64,000 bases of DNA from Deinococcales bacterium (GCA_025359505.1 JANYHH010000077.1:64784-128783), one strand, 5' to 3'. Shown: positions 53,667-63,729, counted from the stretch's first letter. Notes: generated by a model from the letters alone, not told the origin. Numbers and translations are program-made.

Positions 53667-53702
53667 ACTCAGCCCTCGAGCCTGCTCGAGTAAAGGACAG
53701 CC

Positions 53703-54476
53703 ATGCGAGACTCGAGATACCTGCCTCACCTGACATGGAATGAAGTGCGCGACCTCGAGAAGCAAGCTGGGGTCGTGGTCTTGCCGATTGGCGCGATCGA
53801 GCAGCACGGCCCGCACCTGCCGACGGCGACCGACGCGCTGCTGGCGGAGGAAATCACGAAACTGGCGCTCGAGCGCTTGCCAAAGGGCGCGAAGGTCTGG
53901 CGTTTACCCGTTCAAAGTTACGGCAAATCCAACGAGCATCTGGGTTTCGCGGGGACGATCTCCTTGCGGGCGGAAACGTTGATGGCGGTCGTGATGGACA
54001 TTGCCGTCAGCGTCGCGGCCTCTGGTTTCCGGCGCTTGTGTTTCGTCAACGCCCACGGCGGCAACAGCGCACTGCTGGCGATGATGGCGAGAGAGATTCG
54101 CGTCACCACTGGCTTGATGGTCTTCAACACCTTCACCAACGCCGGAGCGCCCGATCCAATCGAGATTCCAGCGCTCGAGGCAAAGTACGGCATTCACGCC
54201 AACGACTGGGAGACGAGCTTGATGCTGCATCTCAGGCCAGACTTGGTGCAGATGGACAAAGCCGTCAGAGAATACCCGCAGCTCGAGGGCAATGTCGGGC
54301 TGACGGGCGGTGCGGCAGTCGCGGCGTGGCTGACCCGTGACTGGTCTACGACTGGCGTCTTTGGCGACGCGACGCTGGCGACGCCTGAGCGCGGCGCGGC
54401 GCGGCTCGAGGTTAGCGTTGCAGCGCTGGCGAAGGTACTCGAGGAGATCAGTCGATTTGAGGTGCAGCAGCCGTGA
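53703..54476 (+). CDS. creatininase family amidohydrolase
   Basis: LPIGAIEQHGPHLPTATD and FVNAHGGN motifs. Confidence 0.85.
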   Translation: MRDSRYLPHLTWNEVRDLEKQAGVVVLPIGAIEQHGPHLPTATDALLAEEITKLALERLPKGAKVWRLPVQSYGKSNEHLGFAGTISLRAETLMAVVMDIAVSVAASGFRRLCFVNAHGGNSALLAMMAREIRVTTGLMVFNTFTNAGAPDPIEIPALEAKYGIHANDWETSLMLHLRPDLVQMDKAVREYPQLEGNVGLTGGAAVAAWLTRDWSTTGVFGDATLATPERGAARLEVSVAALAKVLEEISRFEVQQP

Positions 54477-55711
54477 ACGATTTTCTGATTCGCCATGCGC
54501 GGCTAGTGACGGGGGAGCTGGTCAGCATCGCCGTCAAAGACGGCAAAATCGCGGCGATCGGCAGTGATCTCGAGGCGATGGCGTTTGAAACCAAAGACGC
54601 GCACGGGCGCGTGGTGATGGCGGGCTTGGTCGAGGCGCACTGTCACTTGGATAAGAATCTGACGCTCTCCTCCGTCGGGAATCAAAGCGGCACGCTGATG
54701 GAAGCCATTACGAACTGGGTCGCTTACAAACCGAGCTTGACGCACAGCGATTACCTCGAGCGAGCCAGCGCGGGTCTCGAGTTGGCACTGGTCAACGGCG
54801 TCACTGCGCTGCGGTCACACGTGGATGTCAGCGTCGTCGGTGGTTTGCTGGCGCTCGAGGCGGTCAGTGAGGCGAAATCGAAATTCGCTGACGCGATGGA
54901 CGTGCAACTGGTGGCGCTGGGCATGGCAGGCGTCAGCGAGGCGGAAAGCGCGATCATGCTCGAGGCAATGAACACCGACGCGGATGTCGTCGGCGGCTGC
55001 CCGTGGATCACCCCAGACCCTCGAGCGGCGGTGACGGCAGTTTTTGATCTGGCGCAAAAAACGGGCAAGCCGATTGACTTGCACGTCGACGAGACCGAGG
55101 ACGCTGGCGTGAACACACTCGAGGTCATCGCTGGATTGACCTATGATCGCGGCATGCAGGGACTGGTGACGGTCGGACACTGCTGCTCGCTCGAGTTCAT
55201 GACGCAACGTGATGCCGAGCGCGTGATGGATTTGGTGGCGCGAGCTGGCTTGCACGTCGTCAGTTTGCCCGCGTGTAACCTAAACTTGCAGGGACGCGGG
55301 GCGCATCCAGCGCCCAGAGGCTTGACGCGAGTGGACGAACTGCTCGAGCACGGCGTCAACGTCTCGTTCGGTTCGGACAACGTGCGCGACCCGTTTCACC
55401 CGATCGGCGATTACGACCCGCTCAAGGCAGCCAACCTCGGCGTGATCGCCGCGCACATGAGCAGCTCCACGCAGATGCTGACCACCCTCGAGATGGTCAG
55501 CAGTCACGCAGCGCGGGCGCTACGCTTGCCGAATTACGGGCTGACGGTTGGCTCGAGCGCCGATTTTGTGGTGCTGGACGCGACCTCGGCGCTCGAGGTC
55601 TTGAGCCGGATTCCGGCTCGGGTTGCGGTCTACAAGCGCGGGCAGTTGGTCTCGAGCACCGAAGTTAAACGCAGCAGCCGTGGGAAGCTCGAGGTCAGCG
55701 CGTGGACGTGA
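54473..55711 (+). CDS. amidohydrolase family protein (cytosine deaminase-like)
   Basis: GLVEAHCHLDK metal-binding motif, DLHVDE, and GSDNVRDPF. Confidence 0.8.
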   Translation: MNDFLIRHARLVTGELVSIAVKDGKIAAIGSDLEAMAFETKDAHGRVVMAGLVEAHCHLDKNLTLSSVGNQSGTLMEAITNWVAYKPSLTHSDYLERASAGLELALVNGVTALRSHVDVSVVGGLLALEAVSEAKSKFADAMDVQLVALGMAGVSEAESAIMLEAMNTDADVVGGCPWITPDPRAAVTAVFDLAQKTGKPIDLHVDETEDAGVNTLEVIAGLTYDRGMQGLVTVGHCCSLEFMTQRDAERVMDLVARAGLHVVSLPACNLNLQGRGAHPAPRGLTRVDELLEHGVNVSFGSDNVRDPFHPIGDYDPLKAANLGVIAAHMSSSTQMLTTLEMVSSHAARALRLPNYGLTVGSSADFVVLDATSALEVLSRIPARVAVYKRGQLVSSTEVKRSSRGKLEVSAWT

Positions 55712-56946
55712 TCCTCAGAAACGCCCTCATTAACGGTGGGCTGACCGATGTCGGCATCGAGGACGGTGTGATCTCGCAGCTCGAGCCGAAGCTTGAAGGT
55801 CGGGCGAAGCTCGAGTTAGACGCGGGCGGGTGTTTGACCGTGCCAGCTTTCGTCAACGGGCATTTGCACGCCTGCAAAAGCGATTGGCGCTCAAGCTTAC
55901 TGGCGCTCGAGCCGAATTTCGATTTCACCGATATGAGCGCCCGTTTCGCGGGCATTGCTCGAGTGAAACGTCAGTACACGGCTGCCGACGTGCTGGCTCG
56001 AGCCGAAACGACGGTGCGGCTGGCGGTGCGGCACGGCACTTGCGCGATGCGCTTGTTCGCCGATGTGGACGCCGACGCGGGCTTGCAGGCGCTCGAGGGG
56101 CTGCTGCAACTCAAAACCAAATACGCGGGGACGCTCGAGTTGCAAGTCGCGGCTTTTCCGCAAAACGGCGTGTTCAGCGCAGCCGACAGCACCACGGAGC
56201 TGATGACGCAGGCGCTGGACATGGGAACGGATGTCGTCGGCGGCATTCCGTGGCTCGAGCCGACGGTCGACGCCCAACTCGCCCACATTGACCTCGTGCT
56301 CGAGTTAGCGCGGCGTTACAACAAGCCTGCTCATTTCGTGCTGGACGACACGGACGATCCGACCTCGAGAACGGCGGAACTGGTGGCGGCTCGAGTGATT
56401 GAGTTGGGAATGCAGGGGATGGTCAGCGGCACGCAAGCCAACGCGCTGGCGTATTACGACGACGCGCACGCCGAGCGGGTGATTCGGCTGCTCAAATCAT
56501 CCGGCATGACGATTTTCAGCAACGCCCACGTCGCGCTCGTGACCACCGCGCAGCGTCACCAGCCAGCTCCGAGAGGTCACACACGGATTCTCGAGCTGCT
56601 GCGTGCGGGCGTACCTGTGGCGACCGCGCAGGACGACATCGACAACCCGTATTACCCGTTCGGGCGCAACGATCTCTTGGAGGTCGCGCAGTACATGGCG
56701 CACCTCGCGCCGCTGGCGTGGGGAGCGCAGTTGAACCAAACGCTGGCGATGGTCACGCACGTTCCCGCCAAAGCGATTGGTCTCGAGGGGTACGGGTTAA
56801 GTGTCGGCTGCAAGGCGAATCTGTTGGTGCTAAACGCGCCGAATTGGTTTGAAGCGATCAAATTGCAATGCGAGAAAACTTTCGTGATCGCTCACGGCAA
56901 ACTCATCTCGAGCAGCCAACGCAGCACAACACTGAATTTGCCGTAA
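55702..56946 (+). CDS. amidohydrolase family protein (cytosine deaminase/AtzC-like), paralog of the upstream gene
   Basis: PAFVNGHLHACKS, HFVLDD, and TAQDDIDNPYYPFG. Confidence 0.8.
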   Translation: MDVILRNALINGGLTDVGIEDGVISQLEPKLEGRAKLELDAGGCLTVPAFVNGHLHACKSDWRSSLLALEPNFDFTDMSARFAGIARVKRQYTAADVLARAETTVRLAVRHGTCAMRLFADVDADAGLQALEGLLQLKTKYAGTLELQVAAFPQNGVFSAADSTTELMTQALDMGTDVVGGIPWLEPTVDAQLAHIDLVLELARRYNKPAHFVLDDTDDPTSRTAELVAARVIELGMQGMVSGTQANALAYYDDAHAERVIRLLKSSGMTIFSNAHVALVTTAQRHQPAPRGHTRILELLRAGVPVATAQDDIDNPYYPFGRNDLLEVAQYMAHLAPLAWGAQLNQTLAMVTHVPAKAIGLEGYGLSVGCKANLLVLNAPNWFEAIKLQCEKTFVIAHGKLISSSQRSTTLNLP

Positions 56947-57008
56947 GCTCGCGGTTTAAGTAATCACCGCACCGTCCAGCTCTACCACCGCCCGAGGAGG
57001 CACTGCCC

Positions 57009-58424
57009 ATGAACGACGCGCTCATCACTGCACTGAAAGCAATTGTCGGCGACAGTCAGGTCTTCACCGACCCGCGCTCGCTCGAGGTGTTCAGTAAAGA
57101 CCACTCTTGGTTCTCGCCGGTGCTGGTGGAAACGCTGAAAGACAAACTGGCGGAGGTCGTCGTCGCGCCCGGCTCGAGCGACGAGTTGCAGCGCATCGTC
57201 GCGCTGGCCGTAGAACACGGCGTGCCATTGACGGTGCGCGGCGCGGGCACGGGCAATTACGGGCAGGCTGTACCGCTGAGCGGCGGCATTCTGGCGAACC
57301 TGCACCGATTGAATCGCATCTTGGAGATCGACGCGGTGGCGGGCACAGCTCGAGTCGAGGCGGGCGTGCGGATGGGCGCGTTGGAGCGCAAAGCCCGTGA
57401 GCTTGGTTGGGAGCTGCGGATCTACCCGAGCACGTGGGCGACCTGCACGATCGGCGGCTTCGTCGGCGGGGGTTTTGGCGGCGTCGGCAGCATCAATCAC
57501 GGCACGCTCTGGGACGGCAACGTCTTGGCAGCGCAGGTGATCCCGATGACCGCTGACCCAGAGAAAATCGAGCTGACCGGCTGGGACTGCGCGGCGATCA
57601 TTCACGCGTATGGCACGACGGCGATCATGACCGAATTGACGATTCCATTAGCAAAAGCCGTGGACTGGGCGGAAGCCGTCATCAGCTTCCCGACGCTCGA
57701 GGCGGCAATTCAGTACGGCTTGAAACTGGCCAATGACCCCAGCATCACCAAGCGCGAGCTGAGCATCAACGAATCAGGCATCCCCGAGTATTTCACGCCA
57801 CTGAAAAACGAGGGCGCGATCCTGCCAGATCGGGCGAACGTGCTGCTTGAGGTCGACGGTGCGAAACTCGAGGTTGCCGTGCAAATGGCGCTCGAGTTTG
57901 GCGGCAGTCTGGATTGGCACAATCCGATTGACAAGTACCACAAGGGCGGCATCGCTGTTTCAGATTTCACGTGGAACCACACGACGCTGTGGGCATTGAA
58001 AACCGACTCGAGCCTGACCTACCTGCAATCGCGCTTTGAGGTCGACAAATTGCTCGAGCAGGTCAGGTTATTAAAAGCGAGATTCGGCGACGAGATTCTG
58101 CTGCATTTAGAACTAATCCGCGAGAACTTGGCGGACGGCGGCCCGCTGGTGGCGGCGTCCCTGCCGATCGTGCGCTTCACGACCAAAGAGCGCTTGTACG
58201 AGATGATCCATTACTGCGAGCAGATCGGCATTCAAATCGCCGATCCGCACGTCTATTACTTGGACGAGGACTCGAGGTGGAACGGCGAGGCGGTCATCAA
58301 AGCGGTCGCCCGCTTTAACCCGCTGGGCTTGCTGAATCCCGGCAAAATCAAGCAGCTCGAGACGGGTGAGATCGGCGTGCAGGCGGGATCGTGGTTCGGC
58401 GGCAAGACCGCGACGACGGTGTAA
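57009..58424 (+). CDS. FAD-binding oxidoreductase (FAD_binding_4 / GlcD-like)
   Basis: VVAPGSSDELQRIVALAVEHGVPLTVRGAGTGNYGQAVP is a PCMH-type FAD domain. Confidence 0.85.
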   Translation: MNDALITALKAIVGDSQVFTDPRSLEVFSKDHSWFSPVLVETLKDKLAEVVVAPGSSDELQRIVALAVEHGVPLTVRGAGTGNYGQAVPLSGGILANLHRLNRILEIDAVAGTARVEAGVRMGALERKARELGWELRIYPSTWATCTIGGFVGGGFGGVGSINHGTLWDGNVLAAQVIPMTADPEKIELTGWDCAAIIHAYGTTAIMTELTIPLAKAVDWAEAVISFPTLEAAIQYGLKLANDPSITKRELSINESGIPEYFTPLKNEGAILPDRANVLLEVDGAKLEVAVQMALEFGGSLDWHNPIDKYHKGGIAVSDFTWNHTTLWALKTDSSLTYLQSRFEVDKLLEQVRLLKARFGDEILLHLELIRENLADGGPLVAASLPIVRFTTKERLYEMIHYCEQIGIQIADPHVYYLDEDSRWNGEAVIKAVARFNPLGLLNPGKIKQLETGEIGVQAGSWFGGKTATTV

Positions 58425-58427
58425 GCC

Positions 58428-59459
58428 GTGATCGACTCGAGCGCCGCTCTCCCCTCTTCAGGCTGCCCGAAACAGATGACCTACGGCCCATGCGCGGGGC
58501 TGCGCGGTGCGACCGAGTGCGAACTGCCGGGCGTGACCTGCCCGTTCGTCGGTCTCGAGCGCGTAGCGACGTGGGCGGGTACTGCACCAACCCAGTCCGT
58601 CACCACCAGCGCGGGCTTAGTCTTCCTCGAGAACATGGCGCGGCGACCCGTGTTCGTGACCGACATCCCGACCGTGCCACTCGACGCGGATAGCATTGGC
58701 AAAATAGCCGATCTGATCGGTGACAGCGCCGACGCGGTGCTGATCGGCGATCACGGTGGGGCGCGGGTGCAATTCCCGCCCGCGTACCGCGCCATGCTGA
58801 TGCGTCAAGCTGGACTCGAATCGTGGGTGGGCTTCAACTGCCGCGACCGCAACCGCGTGGCGCTGGAAAGTGAAGCGGCAGCCTTGGCGCATCTCGGCGT
58901 GGCGGGCGTCAACTGCGTGACCGGCGATCACACGATGAGTGGGCATCGCAGCGATGCCAAGCCCGTCTTTGACCTCGACAGCACGAGATTAGCCAGTCTG
59001 GCTCGAGCGGCTGGGCTGCTGGTCAGTGTCGGCGAGAATCCAATTGCGCCGCCGCTGCATTTGCGAGCCGAGCGCTTGGCGCAGAAAGTCAAAGCGGGAG
59101 CGCACCTGTGCTTCGTCAACCTACCGCACAGCACCGAACTGGTGCTCGAGTTCAGGCAGGCGGTGCTGCGGCATGGCGTAGATGTGCCGCTGATCGTCGG
59201 CGTGCCGGTTATCACGTCGCACGGTGCGGCTGAGCAGATGATGGGCTTTCAAGGCTTAAAGCTCCCACACGGCTACCTCGAGCGGATTCTAGGCAGCCGC
59301 AACCCGAGGCTCGAGGGGATCAAGGCCAGCGTCGAACACGCGCAGGCGATGCTTGGCGTCGCGGGCGTGCGCGGGCTGAACCTGTCAGGCCCGGCAGCAG
59401 CGGGCGAGGAGCAAAGCATGGCGCGTGACTTCGCCGAGGTCGCTCGGGCGTTGAGGTGA
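58428..59459 (+). CDS. methylenetetrahydrofolate reductase-like protein with N-terminal Cys-rich MTHFR_C-type module
   Basis: CPKQMTYGPCAG...CELPGVTCPF Cys cluster followed by a TIM-barrel-like MTHFR region. Confidence 0.65.
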   Translation: MIDSSAALPSSGCPKQMTYGPCAGLRGATECELPGVTCPFVGLERVATWAGTAPTQSVTTSAGLVFLENMARRPVFVTDIPTVPLDADSIGKIADLIGDSADAVLIGDHGGARVQFPPAYRAMLMRQAGLESWVGFNCRDRNRVALESEAAALAHLGVAGVNCVTGDHTMSGHRSDAKPVFDLDSTRLASLARAAGLLVSVGENPIAPPLHLRAERLAQKVKAGAHLCFVNLPHSTELVLEFRQAVLRHGVDVPLIVGVPVITSHGAAEQMMGFQGLKLPHGYLERILGSRNPRLEGIKASVEHAQAMLGVAGVRGLNLSGPAAAGEEQSMARDFAEVARALR

Positions 59460-59514
59460 TTGACTCGAACCTTTCTAGTCTCGAGCAATCAATAGGCTAG
59501 GGCAAGAGCAAACC

Positions 59515-59959
59515 ATGAAACGAAGCATCACAACCATCCTGACTGTCTCGAGCCTCGCGGTACTGGGCGTTTCGGTGCGGGCGCAAGGCGCTGATGTGTG
59601 GGACAGATTTCTGTCGCCTTCAGGCAACATTTTTTGCGAGGTTATCGGTTTCACAGACAGAGCCCCGGCTATGGTCAAACTCAGTTGCGGAAATAAATCA
59701 GTCGAGCGCCAAACTGCCACCAAAACCCAACAACTGCGAGCTGACTTGGGGAAAAGAGTTTTACGTCGAGGCTCGAGGTAAGGCAAGCAGGAGTTGTGGA
59801 GACGTTACGAGATTCAATCCCAATGTCCCAGTCTTGCCATACGGTCAAGTCTGACAAGTCGGCGGGTTTCGCTGCGATGCCACTACCTTGCGGGTGCGCT
59901 GCGCCAACCTCGACCAGCATGGCTTCGAGCTGTCCAGAGCGCGACAGATTCTATTTTAA
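59515..59959 (+). pseudogene. small secreted Cys-containing protein, disrupted by one frameshift (about 59689-59695) and one in-frame TGA (59852-59854)
   Basis: Frame 1 gives a signal peptide plus ...VKLSCG. The +1 frame gives INQSSAKLPPKPNNCELTWGKEFYVEARGKASRSCGDVTRFNPNVPVLPYGQV*QVGGFRCDATTLRVRCANLDQHGFELSRARQILF. The TGA sits where TGG (Trp) would fit. Confidence 0.55.
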
Positions 59960-60543
59960 CTCGAGGGTTTCAGCGCAATTGGACTCTGCTTGCTCGGGTC
60001 GCGCCCAAATTTATCGGCGTAAAAAACTTTCAACAATGCGAAATCCGCCTCGAGATCGCCGGTCGGCTGAATGTACGCGCCGATGCCGATTTCCTTTTTG
60101 CGCCAGTCCACGAAGCCCAGCCCGATTGGCACATTGGCTTTCAACGCCATGTAGTAAAAGCCGCTGCGCCAGTATTCGGCGCGGCTGCGCGTACCCTCGG
60201 CAGCGATAATCAGCGTGATCTCTTCGCGCTCGCGGATCATCGCCGCCACCGCTTCCACGAAGTTGCTCGAGCCACGACGATCTAATGGGATTCCACCGAG
60301 TTTCAACATCACAGGCCCCAGCAAGCCTGTGAACAGCTCTCTTTTACCAACCCAGTTCATTTTGGAACCCGTTGCCCACGCCCAGAGGATCACCGGCAAA
60401 AAATCGTGGTTGCTGGTGTGCGGGTAGCCAACCGCGACGAACTTCTTCCCCGGCGCTGGCTCGAGGATGGCTGACCACCCGAGCCATTTGAGCAGGGTGG
60501 TTGCGACGCGTTGACGCGCCGTGACTGGAACGTGCTGGTGCAT
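59956..60543 (-). CDS. lysophospholipid (1-acyl-sn-glycerol-3-phosphate) acyltransferase family protein
   Basis: HX4D motif (HTSNHDF) and the AAEGTRS motif. Confidence 0.8.
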   Translation of the reverse strand: MHQHVPVTARQRVATTLLKWLGWSAILEPAPGKKFVAVGYPHTSNHDFLPVILWAWATGSKMNWVGKRELFTGLLGPVMLKLGGIPLDRRGSSNFVEAVAAMIREREEITLIIAAEGTRSRAEYWRSGFYYMALKANVPIGLGFVDWRKKEIGIGAYIQPTGDLEADFALLKVFYADKFGRDPSKQSPIALKPSS

Positions 60544-60624
60544 GGCGGCAGATTACCTCGAGCCAGCGCGTCGCAGGGTGACGGCGTGGTCTTCGCACGG
60601 TTGCTTTCTGACTTTGCGGCTATC

Positions 60625-61857
60625 ATGGGAACTGTGAAACGGCTCTTCGCCATGACAGCACTCACCCTCGGCATCACTGCCTTAGTGCTAAGCCATTCCT
60701 TCTCGAGCGCCAGCGCACCAGTGAAAATCACCTTCTGGCAGTACCTCGCGCCGGAAGCGGGCGGGCAGGCCTTGCTGAGCTTTGCGGCTGAGTTCAATAA
60801 ATCTCAGTCGCGCTACGCCGTCGAGATCGTCGACGCGGGCGATTTCAAAACCGTGCAAATCAAGCTGATTAACGCGCTGCGTTCCGGCACGGGCTTACCG
60901 AGCATCTCAATGGTGGACAACGCGTTCTTCACGCGGCTGGCGCTCGGTGGCACGCTCGAGCCGCTGGATGCGTTGACGGACACACTGCCTAAAGCGACTG
61001 TGGATGACTTTCAGCCCGTGTTGTGGGAATACGGCGAGGTCAAAGGGCAGCGCTTGGGCTTGCCGTGGGCGGAGAGTACGCTGGTGAACGCTTACAACGC
61101 CGATGCGTTCAAGCAAAAGGGTTTGTCCGCGCCGCGCACTTGGGAGGATTTCGCCAAGGCCGCCAAAGCGCTGACGACGCGCAGCTCCAAGGGCGCGGTC
61201 TTTTTCATCGACGCGTGGATCTTCGCGTCAATGGTCTCGAGCCGAGGTGGGGACGTGCTGACGGACGACAATAAACCCGCGTTCGACAGCGCTGCTTCAA
61301 AAGAGGCGTTACAGTTCATGTTCGATCTGACCAAGGGCGGGCAGGCGCTGGTCAGGCGCTTTGACGAGGCGAACTTCGCGGTGATCGACTGGGTACGCAC
61401 CAAAACCTTCATGGTGACTGTGCCAACCAGTGCGTACCCATTTGTCAAAAACAATGTCTCGTTCACGGTCGGCGCAACGCCGATGCCGGGCAGGACGCTG
61501 GCGGGCGAATCGCAGTTGGTGATCCCGAAAGCCGCCAGCGACGCCGAGCGCGACGGCGCGTTTGCGTTTTGGGAGTTTCTGACAAAGGTCGAAAACGTGG
61601 CGAAGTTCTCTAAACAGTCGTATTACTTGCCCGTGCGCCGCAGCGCGATTAAGCTCTTGGGCGAGACCGCCAACGATCCCGTGATGAAAGCGGGTCTCGA
61701 GGCGCTGAGCACCGCCTACAACCCGCCGCACCTGATCGAGTACGGCGCGTGGCGCACGATTTTGGAGGCGCAGCTCGAGCGTTCGCTCAAGGGCGGCGTT
61801 GATCCGAAAGTGGCCTTGAGTGAGGCGCAACGCCAGATTCTCTTGTACAAACCCTGA
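60625..61857 (+). CDS. sugar-type ABC transporter substrate-binding protein (orphan)
   Basis: Signal peptide. ITFWQYLAPEAGGQALLSFAAEFNKSQ matches the family-1 SBP pattern. An alternative GTG start lies at 60634. Confidence 0.8.
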   Translation: MGTVKRLFAMTALTLGITALVLSHSFSSASAPVKITFWQYLAPEAGGQALLSFAAEFNKSQSRYAVEIVDAGDFKTVQIKLINALRSGTGLPSISMVDNAFFTRLALGGTLEPLDALTDTLPKATVDDFQPVLWEYGEVKGQRLGLPWAESTLVNAYNADAFKQKGLSAPRTWEDFAKAAKALTTRSSKGAVFFIDAWIFASMVSSRGGDVLTDDNKPAFDSAASKEALQFMFDLTKGGQALVRRFDEANFAVIDWVRTKTFMVTVPTSAYPFVKNNVSFTVGATPMPGRTLAGESQLVIPKAASDAERDGAFAFWEFLTKVENVAKFSKQSYYLPVRRSAIKLLGETANDPVMKAGLEALSTAYNPPHLIEYGAWRTILEAQLERSLKGGVDPKVALSEAQRQILLYKP

Positions 61858-62195
61858 TGCCCTACCAGCCGATCATCACGCGGTTCGGGATGCTGCGCGG
61901 GCGCGACGCGCTCGAGGCGGTCAGCCTGACGCTGAGCGGCGCGACCTTGCGGCTCGAGGCGATTCTCAACTTGGAGGAGTTGCACCGTTGCCGTTTGGAG
62001 TTCGACGGCGTGCGCTCGTATCGTGTGACGGCACTGGACGATTTTCTGGGTGATCTGTCCAGCAGCTTCGACGAGGTGATCGGCTCGGATTGGGCGCAGT
62101 CGGCCAAGCATTATCAGGTGATTACCTATCACTTCGCGCTCGAGGTGCAATGCGTGGCGGGCCGAATTCGGATTGGTGACCTCGAGACGCAATGA
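61857..62195 (+). CDS. hypothetical protein
   Basis: 112-aa ORF whose ATG overlaps the upstream stop. No recognised domain. Confidence 0.4.
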   Translation: MPYQPIITRFGMLRGRDALEAVSLTLSGATLRLEAILNLEELHRCRLEFDGVRSYRVTALDDFLGDLSSSFDEVIGSDWAQSAKHYQVITYHFALEVQCVAGRIRIGDLETQ

Positions 62196-62213
62196 TCTCG
62201 AGTAATCTAACTG

Positions 62214-62864
62214 GTGATGATCGACATCACGCGCCGCATCAGCAACATTTCGCCAAACTGGCCCGGCGATACGCCCGTGCAGTACCGCCAGACTGCCTTG
62301 ATCGCGGAAGGCTCGAGCGTCAATGTCGCTTACGTTGGCTTCAGCACGCATACGGGCACGCACGTGGATGCGCCTTGGCATTACATCGACTCTGGTCTGA
62401 AACTCCACGAAGTGCCGCTCGAGACTTGGATTGGGGCGTGCCTCGTCGTGGATGTCAGCGGTGCGAGCATCCTCAACGCGGCGCTGCTCGAGGGCGTGGA
62501 TTTAACAGGCGTGACGAAAGTCTTGTTTCACACCGGGCAGCCAAACGTCTGGCATACTTTTCCGCAAGTCTGGGCGAACGTTGATCCAGACCTGCCGCCG
62601 TACTTGGCGGCGCACGGCGTGACGCTGATTGGCACGGATGCGCCGAGTGCGGACACGTTGACGAGTAAAGACTTGCCCGGACACGCTGCGCTGGCTTTGA
62701 GCAACGTCTGCATCGTCGAAAGCCTCGCGCTGGGCGGCGTGTCAGCCGGACATTACCGCCTCGTGTGCCTGCCGCTCAATCTCGAGGGGGCTGATGGCGC
62801 TCCGGCCCGCGTGATTCTCGAGTCGCTGAGATCCTCGAGTGACATGAACCTCGAGCTGTTGTAA
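62214..62864 (+). CDS. cyclase family protein / kynurenine formamidase-like
   Basis: The Zn-binding motif STHTGTHVDAPWH (HxGTHxDxPxH) is present. Confidence 0.8.
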   Translation: MMIDITRRISNISPNWPGDTPVQYRQTALIAEGSSVNVAYVGFSTHTGTHVDAPWHYIDSGLKLHEVPLETWIGACLVVDVSGASILNAALLEGVDLTGVTKVLFHTGQPNVWHTFPQVWANVDPDLPPYLAAHGVTLIGTDAPSADTLTSKDLPGHAALALSNVCIVESLALGGVSAGHYRLVCLPLNLEGADGAPARVILESLRSSSDMNLELL

Positions 62865-62865
62865 A

Positions 62866-63636
62866 TCACCAGACGTTGTTGGTCAGCACGCCGCCGTCCA
62901 CAGCGAGGGTCGCGCCCGTAATCCAACGTGCGGCTGGGGACAGTAAGAACAGCACGGCGTCCGCCACGTCGTCGGGTTGCCCCAAACGCTCGAGCGGGCA
63001 GGCGGCCTGCCAGCGCTGCACCCCTTCGGGCCAAGCGGTCGCTAGACCCGGCGCGTCGATCAGTCCGGGCGCGACGGCGTTGACGCGGATGCCGTGGCGT
63101 CCCAGCTCTAAGGCTGCCGAGCGCGTGTGCATCAGCACGGCTGCTTTTGAGGTCGCGTAGTGGCTGTGACCTAGCGCAGGTTGCAAGCCTTCAATCGAGG
63201 CAATGTTGACGACTGCTCCCCCACCGCTCGAGATCATCAGCTTGGAGGCTGCCGCCGTCATCGCCATCACGCCGAGCGTGTTGACGCGCAGCATCTCCGT
63301 GCGGTCTTCGGACGTTTGCTCGAGCAGCATCCGCACGGGTTGAATGCCCGCGTTGTTGACCAGTCCCGTCAGCCCTGCAAACGCACTCATGGCTTCAGCG
63401 CACAGCCGCTCCGCATCGCGCTCGACATCGCCCTGCACGATCACGACCCTCGAGCCGAGCGCGGCAGCCAACGTCTCTACACTCGAGCGGTTGCTGGTGC
63501 AGTGCAGCGCCAGATTCGCGCCCGCTTCATGTAGGCGACGGGCGATGCCCGCGCCGATGTTGCCGCTCGAGCCAGTGACGAGAATCGTTTGATTGGTCAG
63601 GTTGAGCAGGTCAGTGACGCTTGGGGGCATGGGCAT
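62866..63636 (-). CDS. SDR family oxidoreductase (FabG-like)
   Basis: TGSSGNIGAG, NNAG, and YATSKAAV (YxxxK). Confidence 0.9.
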   Translation of the reverse strand: MPMPPSVTDLLNLTNQTILVTGSSGNIGAGIARRLHEAGANLALHCTSNRSSVETLAAALGSRVVIVQGDVERDAERLCAEAMSAFAGLTGLVNNAGIQPVRMLLEQTSEDRTEMLRVNTLGVMAMTAAASKLMISSGGGAVVNIASIEGLQPALGHSHYATSKAAVLMHTRSAALELGRHGIRVNAVAPGLIDAPGLATAWPEGVQRWQAACPLERLGQPDDVADAVLFLLSPAARWITGATLAVDGGVLTNNVW

Positions 63637-63695
63637 ATTTTGACACCGTTTCGAGTCTCGAGCGTCGGTTGGCGGATGGGCAACACTGTTATTAT

Positions 63696-63729
63696 GTGAA
63701 TAGATTCACGATTATCGTGTTCGTGAACA
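63696..63729. promoter_or_regulatory. two adjacent palindromes (candidate operators) in an AT-rich divergent region
   Basis: GTGAAT-ag-ATTCAC (63696-63709) and TGTTC-gt-GAACA (63718-63729), between the SDR gene and the 63910 ORF. Confidence 0.35.
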
